NCBI RefSeq assembly: GCF_006345805.1
Contig: NC_042999.1
Span: 122,450,001-122,514,000, forward strand
DNA length: 64,000 nt
Direction: 5' to 3'
From: Octopus sinensis
Lineage: Eukaryota
The notes under the pieces are model-generated. The model was not told where the DNA came from. It worked only from the letters and a program-made list of their open reading frames with translations, and made no database searches. Positions 14,486 to 26,684 of this stretch are shown here, piece by piece. A program made the position numbers and the translations under genes. Within the stretch, counting starts at the first letter, position 1; the number at the start of each line of letters is the position of its first letter.

Positions 14486-17400
14486 TCAGAATTTGGGCAC
14501 TATGGCCCACTCAAGTAGAGAGTTATTGTTTACAGAGACATATCCGGGTGTAGGGGGTTTATCCGGGATTTCTTGAAGGAATCTGTCCAAAGACTTCTTG
14601 AACCCTATAGGGTCAGTTTCTGTTTTAATGTGTTTTGGTGTAATGTTAAAGAGAGCGGGGCCAATTGAGGTGAAATAATTGTGCCATATTGTTGTTATGA
14701 GATGAGAGTGCGATTTTTGTTTTGGGCGGATGGCACGGGGCCCAAGCCTTGGATGTACCTTAAAGGTGATGCCAACATCATTTGGGCAATGCTGATGGAA
14801 TATTTTCCACATCATGCAGATGATGTAGCGCTCACGACGACGTTGGAGAGAATAGAGTTTTAGCTTTTCTAGTCGACCCCAATAGTCGAGGCCTGTCATG
14901 CCATCTATCTTTTTTGTGATTGCCCTTTGAGGTGCTTCAACTTTTATGATACCTTGTATTGTGTGGGGAGACCACAGTGGACAACAGTATTCAAGGTGGG
15001 GTCGGGCAAAAGTGGAGAAGAGAAGGATAATGGTGTGGATATCTCTCGACTGGAAAGTTCTGAGAATCCAGGAACACATTCTGCGGGCCATGTCAACTTT
15101 GGTGTTTATATGAGTGGCCCAGCTTACGTTGTTGTCCACAATTACTCCCAAGTCTCTGATGTTGTTGGACGCCGCGAGAGTTTCACCTGAAGGAAGGGAG
15201 TATGGGAGTTTCAGGGCATCCTCTTTTCCAAAGTGGATTAGCTCAAATTTATCCTCGTTCAGCAGCATATTGTTTTTTTCTGCCCATTGGATAACAGCCA
15301 GTAGATCTGACTGAAGGCATGTCCGGTCACTCGCCTCATTTATGACCTTCTGTAGCTTGGAGTCATCTGCAAAGATTTTTATGTTGCTGTGCTTGATGAT
15401 GTCATTAATGTCATTAATGTAAATGATGAAAAGAAGTGGGCCCAGCACAGTGCCTTGCGGAACGCCACTACTGACTTTGGCTGGGCTTGATTTTACCCCT
15501 TCAACTACAACATGTTGAGATCTGTCTGTCAGGAAACACTTAATCCATTTCAGTAACTTTCCAGAGACACCAATGTTGGATAGTTTTTTCAATAGGATCT
15601 TGTGATCGACCCTGTTGAAAGCCTTACTGAAATCAAGTTAGATGACATCGGTGTTGGAGCCCTCTCCCAAAGCTCTCAAAATGTCCTCAAAGTGATGCAG
15701 GAGCTGCGTTAGGCAGTCCCTTCCATTACGGAACCCATGTTGGTTGGAGATCAGCCGTCTGTTGCTTTCCAGAAATTGGGTTATTCGAGATCTCACCACC
15801 CTCTCAAATACCTTGATGATATGAGAGGTGAGTGAGATCGGACGGTAATTCACTGCAAGGGACTTGTTTCCCTTTTTGAAAACTGGGACAACAGACTGGG
15901 ACAGAAGGTTTTTTGGAATATAGCCAGCATCCAGTGAGTTTCTCCACAGATTAGCAAGGGGAGATGCAAGTTGGTGTCGACACACCTTCAGGACACAAAC
16001 AGGGAACCTATCGGGGCCTACTGCTGAATTGTGTTTTATTTCGTTTATCGCCGCTAAGACATCAGGGGCACTAAACGTTATGTCCGATATAGTGTGTTGG
16101 GGGTTGACATCACTGATACAGCCCAGATCGGCCATATCAGGATTGCTGAAAACAGAGCAGTATTGTTTCTGCAGTATCTCGGCCATGGATTTGGCATTAT
16201 CTTGGAGAGTGCCAGTTTCGTCAATTAGAGGGCCTACAGTGGAGACAGTGACCCTGCGTTTCCTCGCAAATGAAAAGAACACTTTGGGGTTGAGTTTGAT
16301 TTTTTCAATGGCCCACTTCTCCTCAGCTGATCTTTGGTTATTGATGAGGGTCTTCATGCATTGTTGGAGGTTATATTTTTTGGATTCAAGCAGTGCGATA
16401 GCCGTCGAATGTGTGTGTTGCTGTTGGCAGTACTTTAGTTTGTTAATTTTTTTGTTTGTTATTTTTATTTTTCTGATAATGGTTTTTCTGTTTTGGGGGA
16501 TTCTGCACTTTTTGTTCACAGGTCTTGGTGGGGAGTGTTTTGCACATATGTCTGTGACGGTGTCTACAAAGATCTGCCAAGATGTTTTATGGTTGGTGGA
16601 GATGTGTGTATGTGTAAAGGACCAGTCAACATTTGATAGCTCATTCCTGATTGCATCCCAGTTGGCTTTATGGAGATCCATGTTGTCAAATGGGTGGGCT
16701 GGAGGAAGGTCACTAGGATTAGCTTTCGGCTGGTGGAATTTCATGTTACAGAGAACCATGTCATGGTCTGAGAGAAGGGTTTTTTCCACTGTAACGTTAT
16801 GTATAGTGTTAGTGTGGTTACTAAACACTAGGTCCAAAATGTTCTGATGTCTTGTTGGTGCAAGGACAAGTTGGGACAAGAAAAACTCATTCGTAAAGTC
16901 GAAAAGTGACTCTGCTGCTTCTTTGTCAGCGGTTGAGGCGGGAGTGCTTGGTTTCAAACAGTTTGTAGTCCAGTCAACACAGGGTAGATTGAAATCTCCC
17001 ATCATGAGTATGTTGCTAGAATGGCACTGTTGAATAAAGCACTTAATGCTGTTGAGGCATTCTTTAAAGCACAGTATGGGTGTTTGGGGCGGCCTATAGA
17101 GCCCAATTACTGTCAGGTCATTGGCTTTGTTGTGCACGGTGACTGATTCACAGTAGCCGTTGGAGAATATACTATTTCCATCTGCCGTAAATGAATCATG
17201 CAGGAAAATGGCAGTTCCACCCTTCCTCCTGCCGATACGATCCGCGCGGATGGTTGTGAAATTCTTCACTCTCACTTCGGCTTCCAAGTGGGAGTTGTCA
17301 AGGTGGGTCTCAGTGAGAATGAAGAAAGGGATGTGGTGTGAATGGTTACCAACCCAGTCTTCAATGAATTGGACCTTCCATTTTTGTGCATTGATGGAAG

Positions 17401-17617
17401 GGCTGACACCTTGTGCATTGAGTAGGAATGTGGAGGTTAGTGTAGTGGCTGGTTTTGACTGTTGCAGGGTGCTTGGATTTTTTGTGTGTGTTAGTGGCAG
17501 CAATGTGGGGAATTGGTGCACTGGGGTAATAGCATAGGATGGTGTTGAGTGATGGCTAGAATGTTTTTGTGTATCTCTTTTGCCATGTTCAACATGGCTA
17601 AAAAAGAATTTTCCTGC
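14486..17617 (-). pseudogene. LINE ORF2: AP endonuclease + reverse transcriptase, single in-frame stop
   Basis: APE motifs (LTETHL, RKGGTAIF, LYRPP, MGDFN, ILDLVFS, SDHD) and RT motifs (YRPISLTS, QHGFR, DVI*LDFSKAF, PQGTVLGPLLF, IFADD, RDLGV). ORFs 15638-17521 and 14486-15592 are the same frame, separated only by TAA at 15638-15640 where Tyr is expected. The frame is open from 17617. Confidence 0.93.
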
Positions 17618-18718
17618 TTAGGGAGCAGTTTTTGGCTGGAGGTGTGGTTGCACTGTTGGATAGGGTTGTAGTTTCCACTTTTGTTGTTGTTGTTTTTGTG
17701 TCTTCCTGAAAAGACTGGACCAGCATTACTGCAGCATGGTGTGTTTCTATTTTTATTGTTATTCAGGTTTGTGTGTTGGCTTGAGGCCCCGTTTCTGTTT
17801 GTGCGTCGGGTCCCTGGAAGATGAGTGAAGGGACAGTCACTCAGTAGACATGTTCTCTCACGTTGGGAATACCGGCAGATTTTGGGACTCCGAGTTGTGT
17901 GTGTTTTGAATTTCGATTTACTATTTGGTGGTGTTGATGTTATTGTGGGATGCGTGCTTTGGCCTTGGCCGGTAGTGCGTCTAGTGCCAGGTAGATGCGT
18001 GAAGATGCAGTCACTATTTGTGCAGAGTCTCTGGCGCAGTGAATAGCGGCATATTTGGGGATTTCTTGTTTGTGCCGTGGGGGGGGCGCATTCTGCTTCC
18101 TATGTTTCTTTAAGTTTTTGTTACTGCAGTAGTATTGAGGTGGTGATGTGGGGGAAGAGGGCAGTGGTTTCTTATTTGGTTTTCTGTTGGTATTTTTGGT
18201 GATAGAAGACGATGGTGGCAGCGGTGGTGGTGATGATGATGATAATTGTGGTGGTTGCTGTGAGAGCAGTGAAAAGATACTGGCATTTAGTGAATCATCT
18301 AGTAAGCTAGAGTTGAGGAGTGGCTGTTGTTGTTCTTGTTGCTGTGGCTGTTGTTGTTGTTGTTGTGCTTGACCGATGTTAGGGTCAGCCATTGTGCTGG
18401 GAACCAGGAGTGGCTCATTCATTGGTGTTGTTGTGGCTGCTGATTTTCTAGCTGTTGTTGTTCTTGAACTGTGAAAATATGTAGAAGCTTTTCATAATGG
18501 CCTCTTATCAGTTTGAAAGATACTTCGATATGTTTCAACTTGCTACGAATCTGTTTGACGGATCGTGTGTTGACCACTTGTGATGTTTTTTCGGCAATCT
18601 CATTCAAACACAAGACATTTAGATTTTCTGTTTGGGAAAGAGAGAACCATGTGTTTATTAAAACATCAATTTCGTTATCAGACCAATTTCGTCTGTTGCA
18701 GGCCTGCAAGTTAGTCAT
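17491..18718 (-). pseudogene. LINE ORF1 (reconstructed ~409 aa): Myb/SANT-like domain, polyQ linker, two CCCH zinc fingers
   Basis: Joined from 18419-18718, 18422-~18087 and the frame 18086-17491 by adding one base at ~18421 and one in the G8 run 18079-18086; ends ...QENSFLAMLNMAKEIHKNILAITQHHPMLLPQCTNSPHCCH*. Confidence 0.78.
17582..17605 (-). promoter_or_regulatory. Candidate -1 ribosomal frameshift signal (U UUU UUA + hairpin)
   Basis: ORF1 frame TCT TTT TTA GCC; heptamer 17605-17599; immediately followed by GCCATGT-TGA-ACATGGC stem-loop; lies 12 nt after the last ORF2-frame stop (17620-17618). Confidence 0.55.
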
Positions 18719-19227
18719 GTTTGTTTTTCTTTTGTTTGTTTTGCTTTTGATTTTTGAAAATATATATATTCTTTCTTGGGAGTTAAAGAAGTGTATATAT
18801 ATATAAATGTTCTCTCTTAAGGGTGTGAGTTTTTGATTATTTGGTTGTTTGAGGATATTAAAAGAAAAACAGGTGTATATAACAATTTGTAGTTAAATGA
18901 AAACATACTTACGGGTTTGTAGGCAAACACGTGGTTACAAATATATATATATTTAAGGTCAGTTAGTTTTGAATCTGTGTAGCTTGCTACTGACTTGGGA
19001 GAGAAACAAATAGACGTCCGTCCACTTCAACAGTTAATCCACTATCATGTGTATATATGTGTATGCATGTGTATATATGTATGTATGTTTGTGCATCTGT
19101 ATGTATCCTACACACACACAAACATGCACACACAAGGAGACACGTGCATACATATACAAACACACACTCACACACACACACATACATAGAAAGTACACAA
19201 ACACGGATATTCAAGTACATGAATATG

Positions 19228-19530
19228 CAGGATACATACAGATGCACACACATACATACATATATACATATGCATACACACACATATATACATACATACA
19301 CACATACATACGTACATGCATGCATAGGTACACACACACACATGTACACAAACAAACAAAATGGAATGCAGTGTAAATAACAGACAGAGTCAAGACTATT
19401 GAAAAGGTTGCAAGATGCAATGAAAATTTTAGGAAAATAAAAACGAGAAATAAGTGGAAATTTTATTGGTAAGTGTGTACATTATAAGGCACAAAAAGAA
19501 AATGACTCTCCCAAGACACAACAGAATATA
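19228..19530 (-). repeat. Right arm of foldback element
   Basis: Inverted copy of 14145-14394 plus 19047-19110 (gtgcatctgtatgtatcct vs aggatacatacagatgcac). Confidence 0.85.
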
Positions 19531-20547
19531 TTCCATTGGTTGTCCCTCTGCTTTTCTGAATCAAAATTAATAATTTAAATAATTAATTTTTCTAATCACT
19601 TAAGGGTGTAATTTCTAGTTAATTAAAGCCCATTGGTGCAATGTATGAGTCTGTTAACTCCCAGTATTAATTGTTCATATAACAACCACCCCTGTATATT
19701 TTTCCTAGTCATTCTTTAAAACTAATACAAGATCAGCGCAGCTAATGCAAAATAACTCATTTTGGAGGTATGTTCTATATGGATGATGGTAATGATGTTA
19801 AACTAATGCCAACATTCTTTGCCTTCTAATGAGGAAGACAATGATGCAAAGACATTTCTTTTTAAATCAAAGCTATTGGGTATGTATTGGTAGTTTCACA
19901 TATTTTCTGTTAATAAGGAACTTCAATTCTCATCAAACAATTCTAGTCCATGCATGCTAAGAGTACCTAACTACTAATAGGATTTTTTGTTATTATTTAC
20001 AGTCATAACAATAAATGGTGCTGCTAGATTTGAACAAAGTCATTTTCAGGGTTGGCAAACTTATAGTTCTTATTTTGTTTGTTACATTTTTTAGCAAAAT
20101 GTTCCTTTTTCTTTGGAGAAGTATTACATATTCTTCTTCATTCCATCTTCAAAGCTAGCCTATATCCTTAATTTTCACTACATGTGTATAATAGTGTCTT
20201 ACGTGCTATTCTCAAGTAAGAAAAACAGTTGAAAGACTCTTTTGTTTATCCTGATGCTATATTTTTATAAGTTATGCATTCAAGAGAAGCATTATTCAAA
20301 GTTGATGCTGATTTTGAAGCAGACTTTCATACTTGTACAAGTACTATTTATGCTCTAATTCTCTAGTGTACTAAATTTCAATATGAGAGAGACAATGTTT
20401 AGAATTTAAATTTTACCTGGCTGCCATCAGTTCTGAAATATATATGTGTTGGTGAGATGATATTAGGAAAACAAATCTCAAACACCAGTAAAGCTTTCTC
20501 ATTATAGAGTGTTGATGTAGCAGTTATTATTTCTCATTTGTATAACA

Positions 20548-20735
20548 AAGGTGGTGAGCTGGCAGAATCGTTAGCACACCAGACAAAATACTCAGCAGCC
20601 TTTTATCCTGCTTATCATTCTGAGTTCAAATTCTGTTGAGGTCGATTTTGCTTTTCCTCTTTTCAGGGTCAATGAAATGAGTACCAGTTGAGCACTGGGG
20701 TTGATGTAATCAACTTCTCTCCTGCTCCTTGTGCC
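20548..20735 (+). mobile_element. SINE family B
   Basis: ggtggtgagctggcagaatcgttagcac..ctgagttcaaattc..gagtaccagttgagcactgggg. Confidence 0.85.
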
Positions 20736-20979
20736 TGAAGAAGAGATTCTTATTCATTTCTATAACTGGTTATCACACTAAAACTTCATGCTGAAGTCCC
20801 ATTAGGAAAGGGAAAACTAATCATCTGTAAATAAATTAATGATTTTAAAATTAATATGACAATATGATTTGTTTTCCAAATATCATCTCACCTACACATA
20901 TATTTCAGAACTGAAGTCAACCTGGTAAAATTTAAATTCTAAACATTGTCTCTCATATTGTATTTTAGTACACTAGCGA

Positions 20980-21143
20980 ATAGGTGCAGGTGTGGCAGTG
21001 TGGTAAGAAGCTTTCTTCCCAACCACATGGCTCCAGTTTCAATCCCACTGCATGGCACCTTGGGCAAGTGTCTTCTACTATATCCTCGAACCTTGTGAGT
21101 GGATTTGGTAAATGGAAACTGAAAGAAGCCCATTGTATGTATG

Positions 21144-21197
<54 letters not shown>

Positions 21198-21407
21198 TAT
21201 ATATGTATGTATGTGTCTGTGTTTGTTACCCCACTGTAACTTGATAACCAATGTTGGTGTATTTACAACCCTCATAACTTAGTGGTTTGGCAAAAGAGAC
21301 TGATAGAATAAGTACTAGGCTTACAGAAAATATGTCCTGGGGTCAATTTGTTCAACTAAAAGTGGTACTCCAGCATGGCTGCAGTCAAATGACTGAAACA
21401 AGTAAAA
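20980..21407 (+). mobile_element. SINE family A
   Basis: Homologous to 1003-1420 in the opposite orientation. Confidence 0.9.
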
Positions 21408-22527
21408 CAATGAAAGAAAAAAAATAAACATTTTAATACCAAAAAATCTTACCGTTTAGAACTTTCAAATCTAAAAAATGGTAGAACTATCTAAAACACA
21501 GCTACACTTATGTGCTGTCTTAATTCTAATATGTTAATTATTTTAATTCCTATGTAAATTATAATGATTTCCTCCTTTAAGTCAAAATATAAAATGGGAA
21601 CTTTCTAAATAGTTACTTATGTTTTTGTCTAAAAGTACCTGCATTTGATGAAAGTTTCTGAATTATAGGATTAATGTCTTCTAAATTGAATTTTAAAAAG
21701 AATTTCAAAGAAACACAGGTCTATGTAGGAAATGAAAAGGCAACTTCAACTTCATAACTTTAAAAGTGAAGCTGCTGATTTTTTTATGTGACTGTTATTG
21801 TATCTTTTTGATAATAACAGCAAATTTCATTTTATGATTTATGCATAATCAATTTATTTTATGTAAAAAGAAATCATGGTGTGATTTTTGACCCTTCAAA
21901 AACACTTGACTGAACAATTTCCTATGAATTATTACACTCTTTTCATGAAAAAATGTTCATTTTGTAAATTTCTATTTATAGGAAATAATTAAAAGTCTTG
22001 AAAATAACAATTTCTTTAGTAAAATTTAAAATGCAATCATAAATATTTGAGAATATTGAGAACAGATTTGTGTTTTCTTCCTGGGTGTTTGCATAGAAAA
22101 TCTATAAAAATATTTCAAAATGACGGCTATTATGAAAATATTAGATAAAGTAAGGAAATTGAATGAGAAACTAATTATGTAACCAGATTCTAACTCTGTC
22201 GAAACTCCACACAATATTTAAAATTTAAAAGAAAGCATTATGAGAGAACATCATTTTAGAGTCAAAGCAAGCAATCAGAAGTTTAGATTTGGTCTGCAGC
22301 AATCTATCAAAAGACCTTTAATACACACATTTATTGTTAAAATACTAACTATAGGATCCATACTTGAAATAGAGTAGAAGATATCTAAAAGAATAAAGGG
22401 GCACATTTCAAACTTAAGCAGTTAGAAAATGATGAAAGAGAAGATGAGTAAATAAATAATCGATGTAGAAACGTTCATGCTGAAATGCTGTTATCTGTTG
22501 GTAAATTATATTTTTTAACCTGTAAAT

Positions 22528-22707
22528 TTTGAGATATTGTGGGACACTGGACCACTGACAAGGGGTATTTTGACTATGTTAGCATCTTGCCTCACTGATG
22601 TATCAGATGATGCTCAGGAGGATACCAGACTGTTCCAGCATCTCAACCTCACAACCAGCCATGGTAAGGCTGTGCTTCTGGGTATCTCAAAAAATTTTAA
22701 CAGATAA
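22528..22707 (+). pseudogene. 3' remnant of a restriction-like-endonuclease (CRE-like) LINE
   Basis: FEILWDTGPLTRGILTMLASCLTDVSDDAQEDTRLFQHLNLTTSHGKAVLLG resembles the FETLG.WGP...LFQRLS.AIQRGNA..ILG tail. Confidence 0.5.
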
Positions 22708-24239
22708 CATCAGTTTCCCCTGACATAATGTCTAATTGAAGGCGTGTGTATGCTTCTATTTTGGTCATTTATATACTGATTTCTGCATATCTTTTCTTTT
22801 TCTTCATTTTCTTACTTTGTAAATAGGTTCTTTCTTACAGCTTAATAAATCATACTTCTAGCAGAATGGAATAGAAAAAATAATGGAGAAAATTAGATAG
22901 AATAATGGCACCAAAAGTATAAATTAATTCTAAAGTGTTATAATCTAATATAAATAAAGTTAAGTATAAGCATGAATAGCCATAAACTGCTATGCTTTTT
23001 AATATGAAAGATTTAACATTGAAGATATACATATATTGCTTGGAAAAACACTGATTTTTACGAGAAGTTCTGTCACTGGTCATATTGCTGATTCATAACT
23101 CTATCAACAAATCATCTACTAGCTCAGCAATTTTGAAAAATAGATGAGGTTTAGTGACAAGAAGGGTATCTGGTTGTAAAACAGCTCTCCAATAATATGT
23201 ACAAATATAACTAAAACATAGTTTTTGTTGTTGTTGATTATGTAACACTATGAGTGTGTAATGTGTATATGAGTGTTTTTATACAAGTGATGTGTCAAGT
23301 TACATCCTTCTATATCAAAAGATAATTTAGCCTTTTAATAATGGAGATCAATTAAAAAAGTTTCGGCTAGAAATAAATGTAAAGACTGATATCAAACCGA
23401 AAGCTTTCGAGAATCATGCTACAACCTGGCCTGAGTCCAATAACAGAGATTATGTACGGAAATGGAATGTCTTGCATGCTTATTATTTTAAACTAATTAA
23501 CTTAAAATATATTAGTGTTATGAAATTTTCTAATACCTCAGGCAATATTTTCCAACAGGAGTATGAATACAAGCAACATTTGAAAGCAATTTAACATTTT
23601 AATTATTGCATTTATACATGCTTAAGAGTAATATATTGCAAATATTGGGATAATGGGGAAACAGTTTTTAAACATTGAAAATACACTTCGGAGTTGTAAA
23701 AATTTAAAATCAGATGATGGTGAGTAGGCATAATTTATTAGTATATCTTTTAACTGAATTTATTTTCCTATGATCAATTAAAAATTAATTTTTAAAAATA
23801 AAGTATTATTAGACTTTGAAATTCTCTTCTATGATTGTTTTATTATTATTATTATTTTTATAATAGATACTACCAAGGGAAATTAAACTATCAACACTTT
23901 AGTTTTTTTTTTTTTTTCAATCACATTTCATAAACACTTCTGTTTGCTAGCTTAATGCAATTATATCACCAAGCTATTTTAATTAATGGTTACTTCAGTC
24001 AAATATTTTATTAAATCAAGAATGGAAATTAGAAAGTATTTTTTGTTTTTGCCTAAAAGGAAGCTAATTTTATAAATATTAACCACAGTTTCTTACAAGA
24101 TAATAAACAACTATTATATGAATTAAAAAAAAAAACAGCTCACATCTGAAAAAATGTGTAAATATAAATATCATTTCATAATCAAAGCTTAGAAAAAATG
24201 GTAGATGACTAATATTTTTTATAAATTTACTATAAGAGG

Positions 24240-24700
24240 AGTGGGGTCAGTGTGGTTGTTTGTCCTGAGTCTGACTATCTCGAGAATGATGACTGGAAGA
24301 AATTTGCAGGCAGGAAGGTATGCTCTGATATGAAAGGATATGTGTAGTGTTAAAAAATGTATAGTTTGTCATGCTTCCAGTGAATACAAGTCTCTGTTTT
24401 TGGATGCAGTGCAGATGTTAGTATCAGGTATCTGATTGTGTGGATGATACTTGTGTGCCAATGTTTAAACAGGAACATAGAACTATATCAGATATACAGG
24501 AGTGTGTGCTCATAGAAGTGATGGCATCTTGCATGTCATTGTACAACAGAGGTGAATAGAGGAGAGAAAGTGTAAGAGACTTAAATCTATCTAGGGATAC
24601 ATCAGACTTTATAGAGTTGGGTTTCTGGAAATCCATGTCAGCATATGCTTCAATTATGTCATCTTCCAACAGACAAGAGGATTGGGTAGATAGAGCTCAA
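24240..24700 (-). pseudogene. Degenerate LINE ORF2 C-terminal fragment (I/Nimb/Jockey-like)
   Basis: ..IVLCSCLNIGTQVSSTQ..LHCIQKQRLVFTGSMT resembles ..LSYA.P.W...LQ..QN.ALR.ITG; heavily decayed. Confidence 0.4.
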
Positions 24701-26684
24701 ACAAGTTTAATATTTCAAATTATATATTATATTTGCAGGAAATATAAATATTTCTATACTCGAATTTTAACTTTTTTTTATTATTTTGTAAGATAATAAC
24801 AATACAAGAACCTTTTGTTCTGCATAATTTACTTTTTGTAAATGAAATATTTACTGACTATATTTGAAATTATGATAAAATAATTTCTGTAGATTTGATT
24901 GAATTCACTTCAAATCTTGTTTTACAAACAATTATATGATGTTAAACGATATAAATTAAACAAATCATTTTGTCAGAAGATTGTTCTGGTATGCTATTTC
25001 AGTATAACTTTCTTAACATGGCTATCAACAAATGCTTATCTAAGTTAATGGATTTTGAAGAAAAGGTTTATAGATTAAATATGTGTGGCAATAGTTTATA
25101 GTTTTTAATGCCCCCCCCCCTCCTATTAAGTATTCTCGGGTAATCTCCTTCTTTATTACATATAACAATGTAGAGAAAATGCTAGAATTTCTTAATTACT
25201 GTCAAACTAGTGATTTTCGTCTGTGAGTTAATTAATCTTTGGTATTTTTTAAATATATTTTTAATGTTCATAAAATAATTTTCATTTTCAGTTTAAATCC
25301 AAGTTACCATTCAGTAAACATAGTTTACATTTATCCATTTGATTTACAATATAGTTTTACAGTGTACGCTTCTTAATATTTTTCACTAAACAAAATAAAA
25401 GGGTAATTTCTGTTATAAGGGGAATAGAGAACAAATTCAGTTCCATTTTAAGTTTATAGGGGATAAACATTATGATATAATGTTTATTTCAAAGACATTA
25501 AATTTCTTGTAACATTTTAGCATTAGCATGAGTAAGATATCAGCATAACAGCTCTGGTAATACTAGGCACAAAAATATTTTTCCAAATTTTATATGCTAC
25601 ACACAATGCCGCATTTGGAGAATTGCTGAATTTCTGAAGCCTCTTAGGTGATGGCACATTCTGAAAACCATAATGAGTAACAGTTTGAGTTTTTCTAAAT
25701 ACAACTATCTAACCTGATAGTTTTCATTCATCATTTATTAGGAACTCCTAATTATTTTAATAAGCTCAGTTTTCTTAGCATACTTTTCCTACTGCCAAAC
25801 ACAGGACATTCTCTAAAACTTAAGCAGGGGCTAACCTAAGGCAGGGGTGTGTGTCACGTGCACCCATCTAAATAATGTTATTACACCCTTTTCTCCTGGA
25901 ATTGTATTCCATTCTGACCTTGTGCCCTCCCTTCAAAAATATTTCTGAGACCGCGCCTGTTAAGAACAGGTGTCTTTGGCAAAAGGAAGATTGTTCTAAA
26001 AAAATTTAACCTTACATAACAGCAAATAAGAGTTTCTAAAAAGTTATCTACAAAATAACCATCAGGTACAACAATTATAGCTGCAAAAGTTTGTATAGTG
26101 ATAATAAACATGTATAAAAATTTTCAAGGTTAAGAAAGATTTTCAAGGTTAAATTCTATATAAGAATAACCCAAAAATATTTACCAATCCTAATATTGCT
26201 ATGTTTGGAATTGAGTATATTTATATCCTTATAGGTAATATGTCAATGTCCTTACAAAATGGTCATGAAACACACCATGTGTTCTTCCAGTTATGCTTGT
26301 TTCAATTAAAATAATGAACACATTCCTTAATTACCATTATGTTTTTAAGTTATTAACTTTTCAGCTAATTCCCACACATTGCAATTATCTGGTATCACTA
26401 CTTAGCATGCTATCATAATTTTTATTATGGGAAAAAACACTAAGCTTATATATCTGTTGGCTTGTCAGTGTTCTGCAGTATTTCCCATTGCCATTTTCAA
26501 GGATAGGTAGTGGCTTGAGTGAATACAGCAGAACTTAAGTCTTGAAACAGTTGAAATTGTGTGGCTAAGAATATATGTATAGATTATTGTTTCTGTAATT
26601 ATATTTTGTTAAAGTTAGATTTGGTTTTCCTGATGAAATGTTTTGCTTCAGTAAATACATCATACAGGCAACACATTTTCTAGA

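Larger units (their letters stand above)
14395..19046 (-). mobile_element. Near-intact full-length non-LTR retrotransposon (CR1 superfamily-like; subclade not determined)
   Basis: 5'UTR ~19046-18719, ORF1, overlapping ORF2 (APE+RT), ~70-nt 3'UTR, (CAAAGTAT)3 tail; putative TSD atgtgtat[g/a]tat at 14383-14394 and 19047-19058 (low-complexity, so weak). Confidence 0.92.

Noticed and set aside
16029-16847. 272-aa plus-strand ORF (also 17160-17537, 14927-15190)
   Set aside because: Antisense shadow of LINE ORF2; no recognisable motifs.
17940-18086. C-terminal part of track ORF 17940-18422 (YAAIHCARD...)
   Set aside because: Probably out of frame; the alternative frame contains the duplicated CCCH fingers and runs on to the ORF2 overlap.
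18419-18422. ATGA stop/start overlap suggesting translational coupling within ORF1
   Set aside because: A 1-nt deletion in an A run explains it equally well, and a similar lesion occurs at 18079-18086; needs the family consensus.
18987-19420. Several 60-120 aa ORFs rich in Y/V/C/M/H/T
   Set aside because: Translations of TA/CA microsatellite-like sequence; the same applies to ORFs at 35348, 37750, 40023-40395, 56041, 58085.
22775-22920. Strong polypyrimidine tract and AG
   Set aside because: No good donor or open frame downstream.
25825-25959. Possible CAGG...CCTG MITE with ttaag flanks
   Set aside because: TIR match is short and the TSD length fits no superfamily cleanly; single copy in the window.
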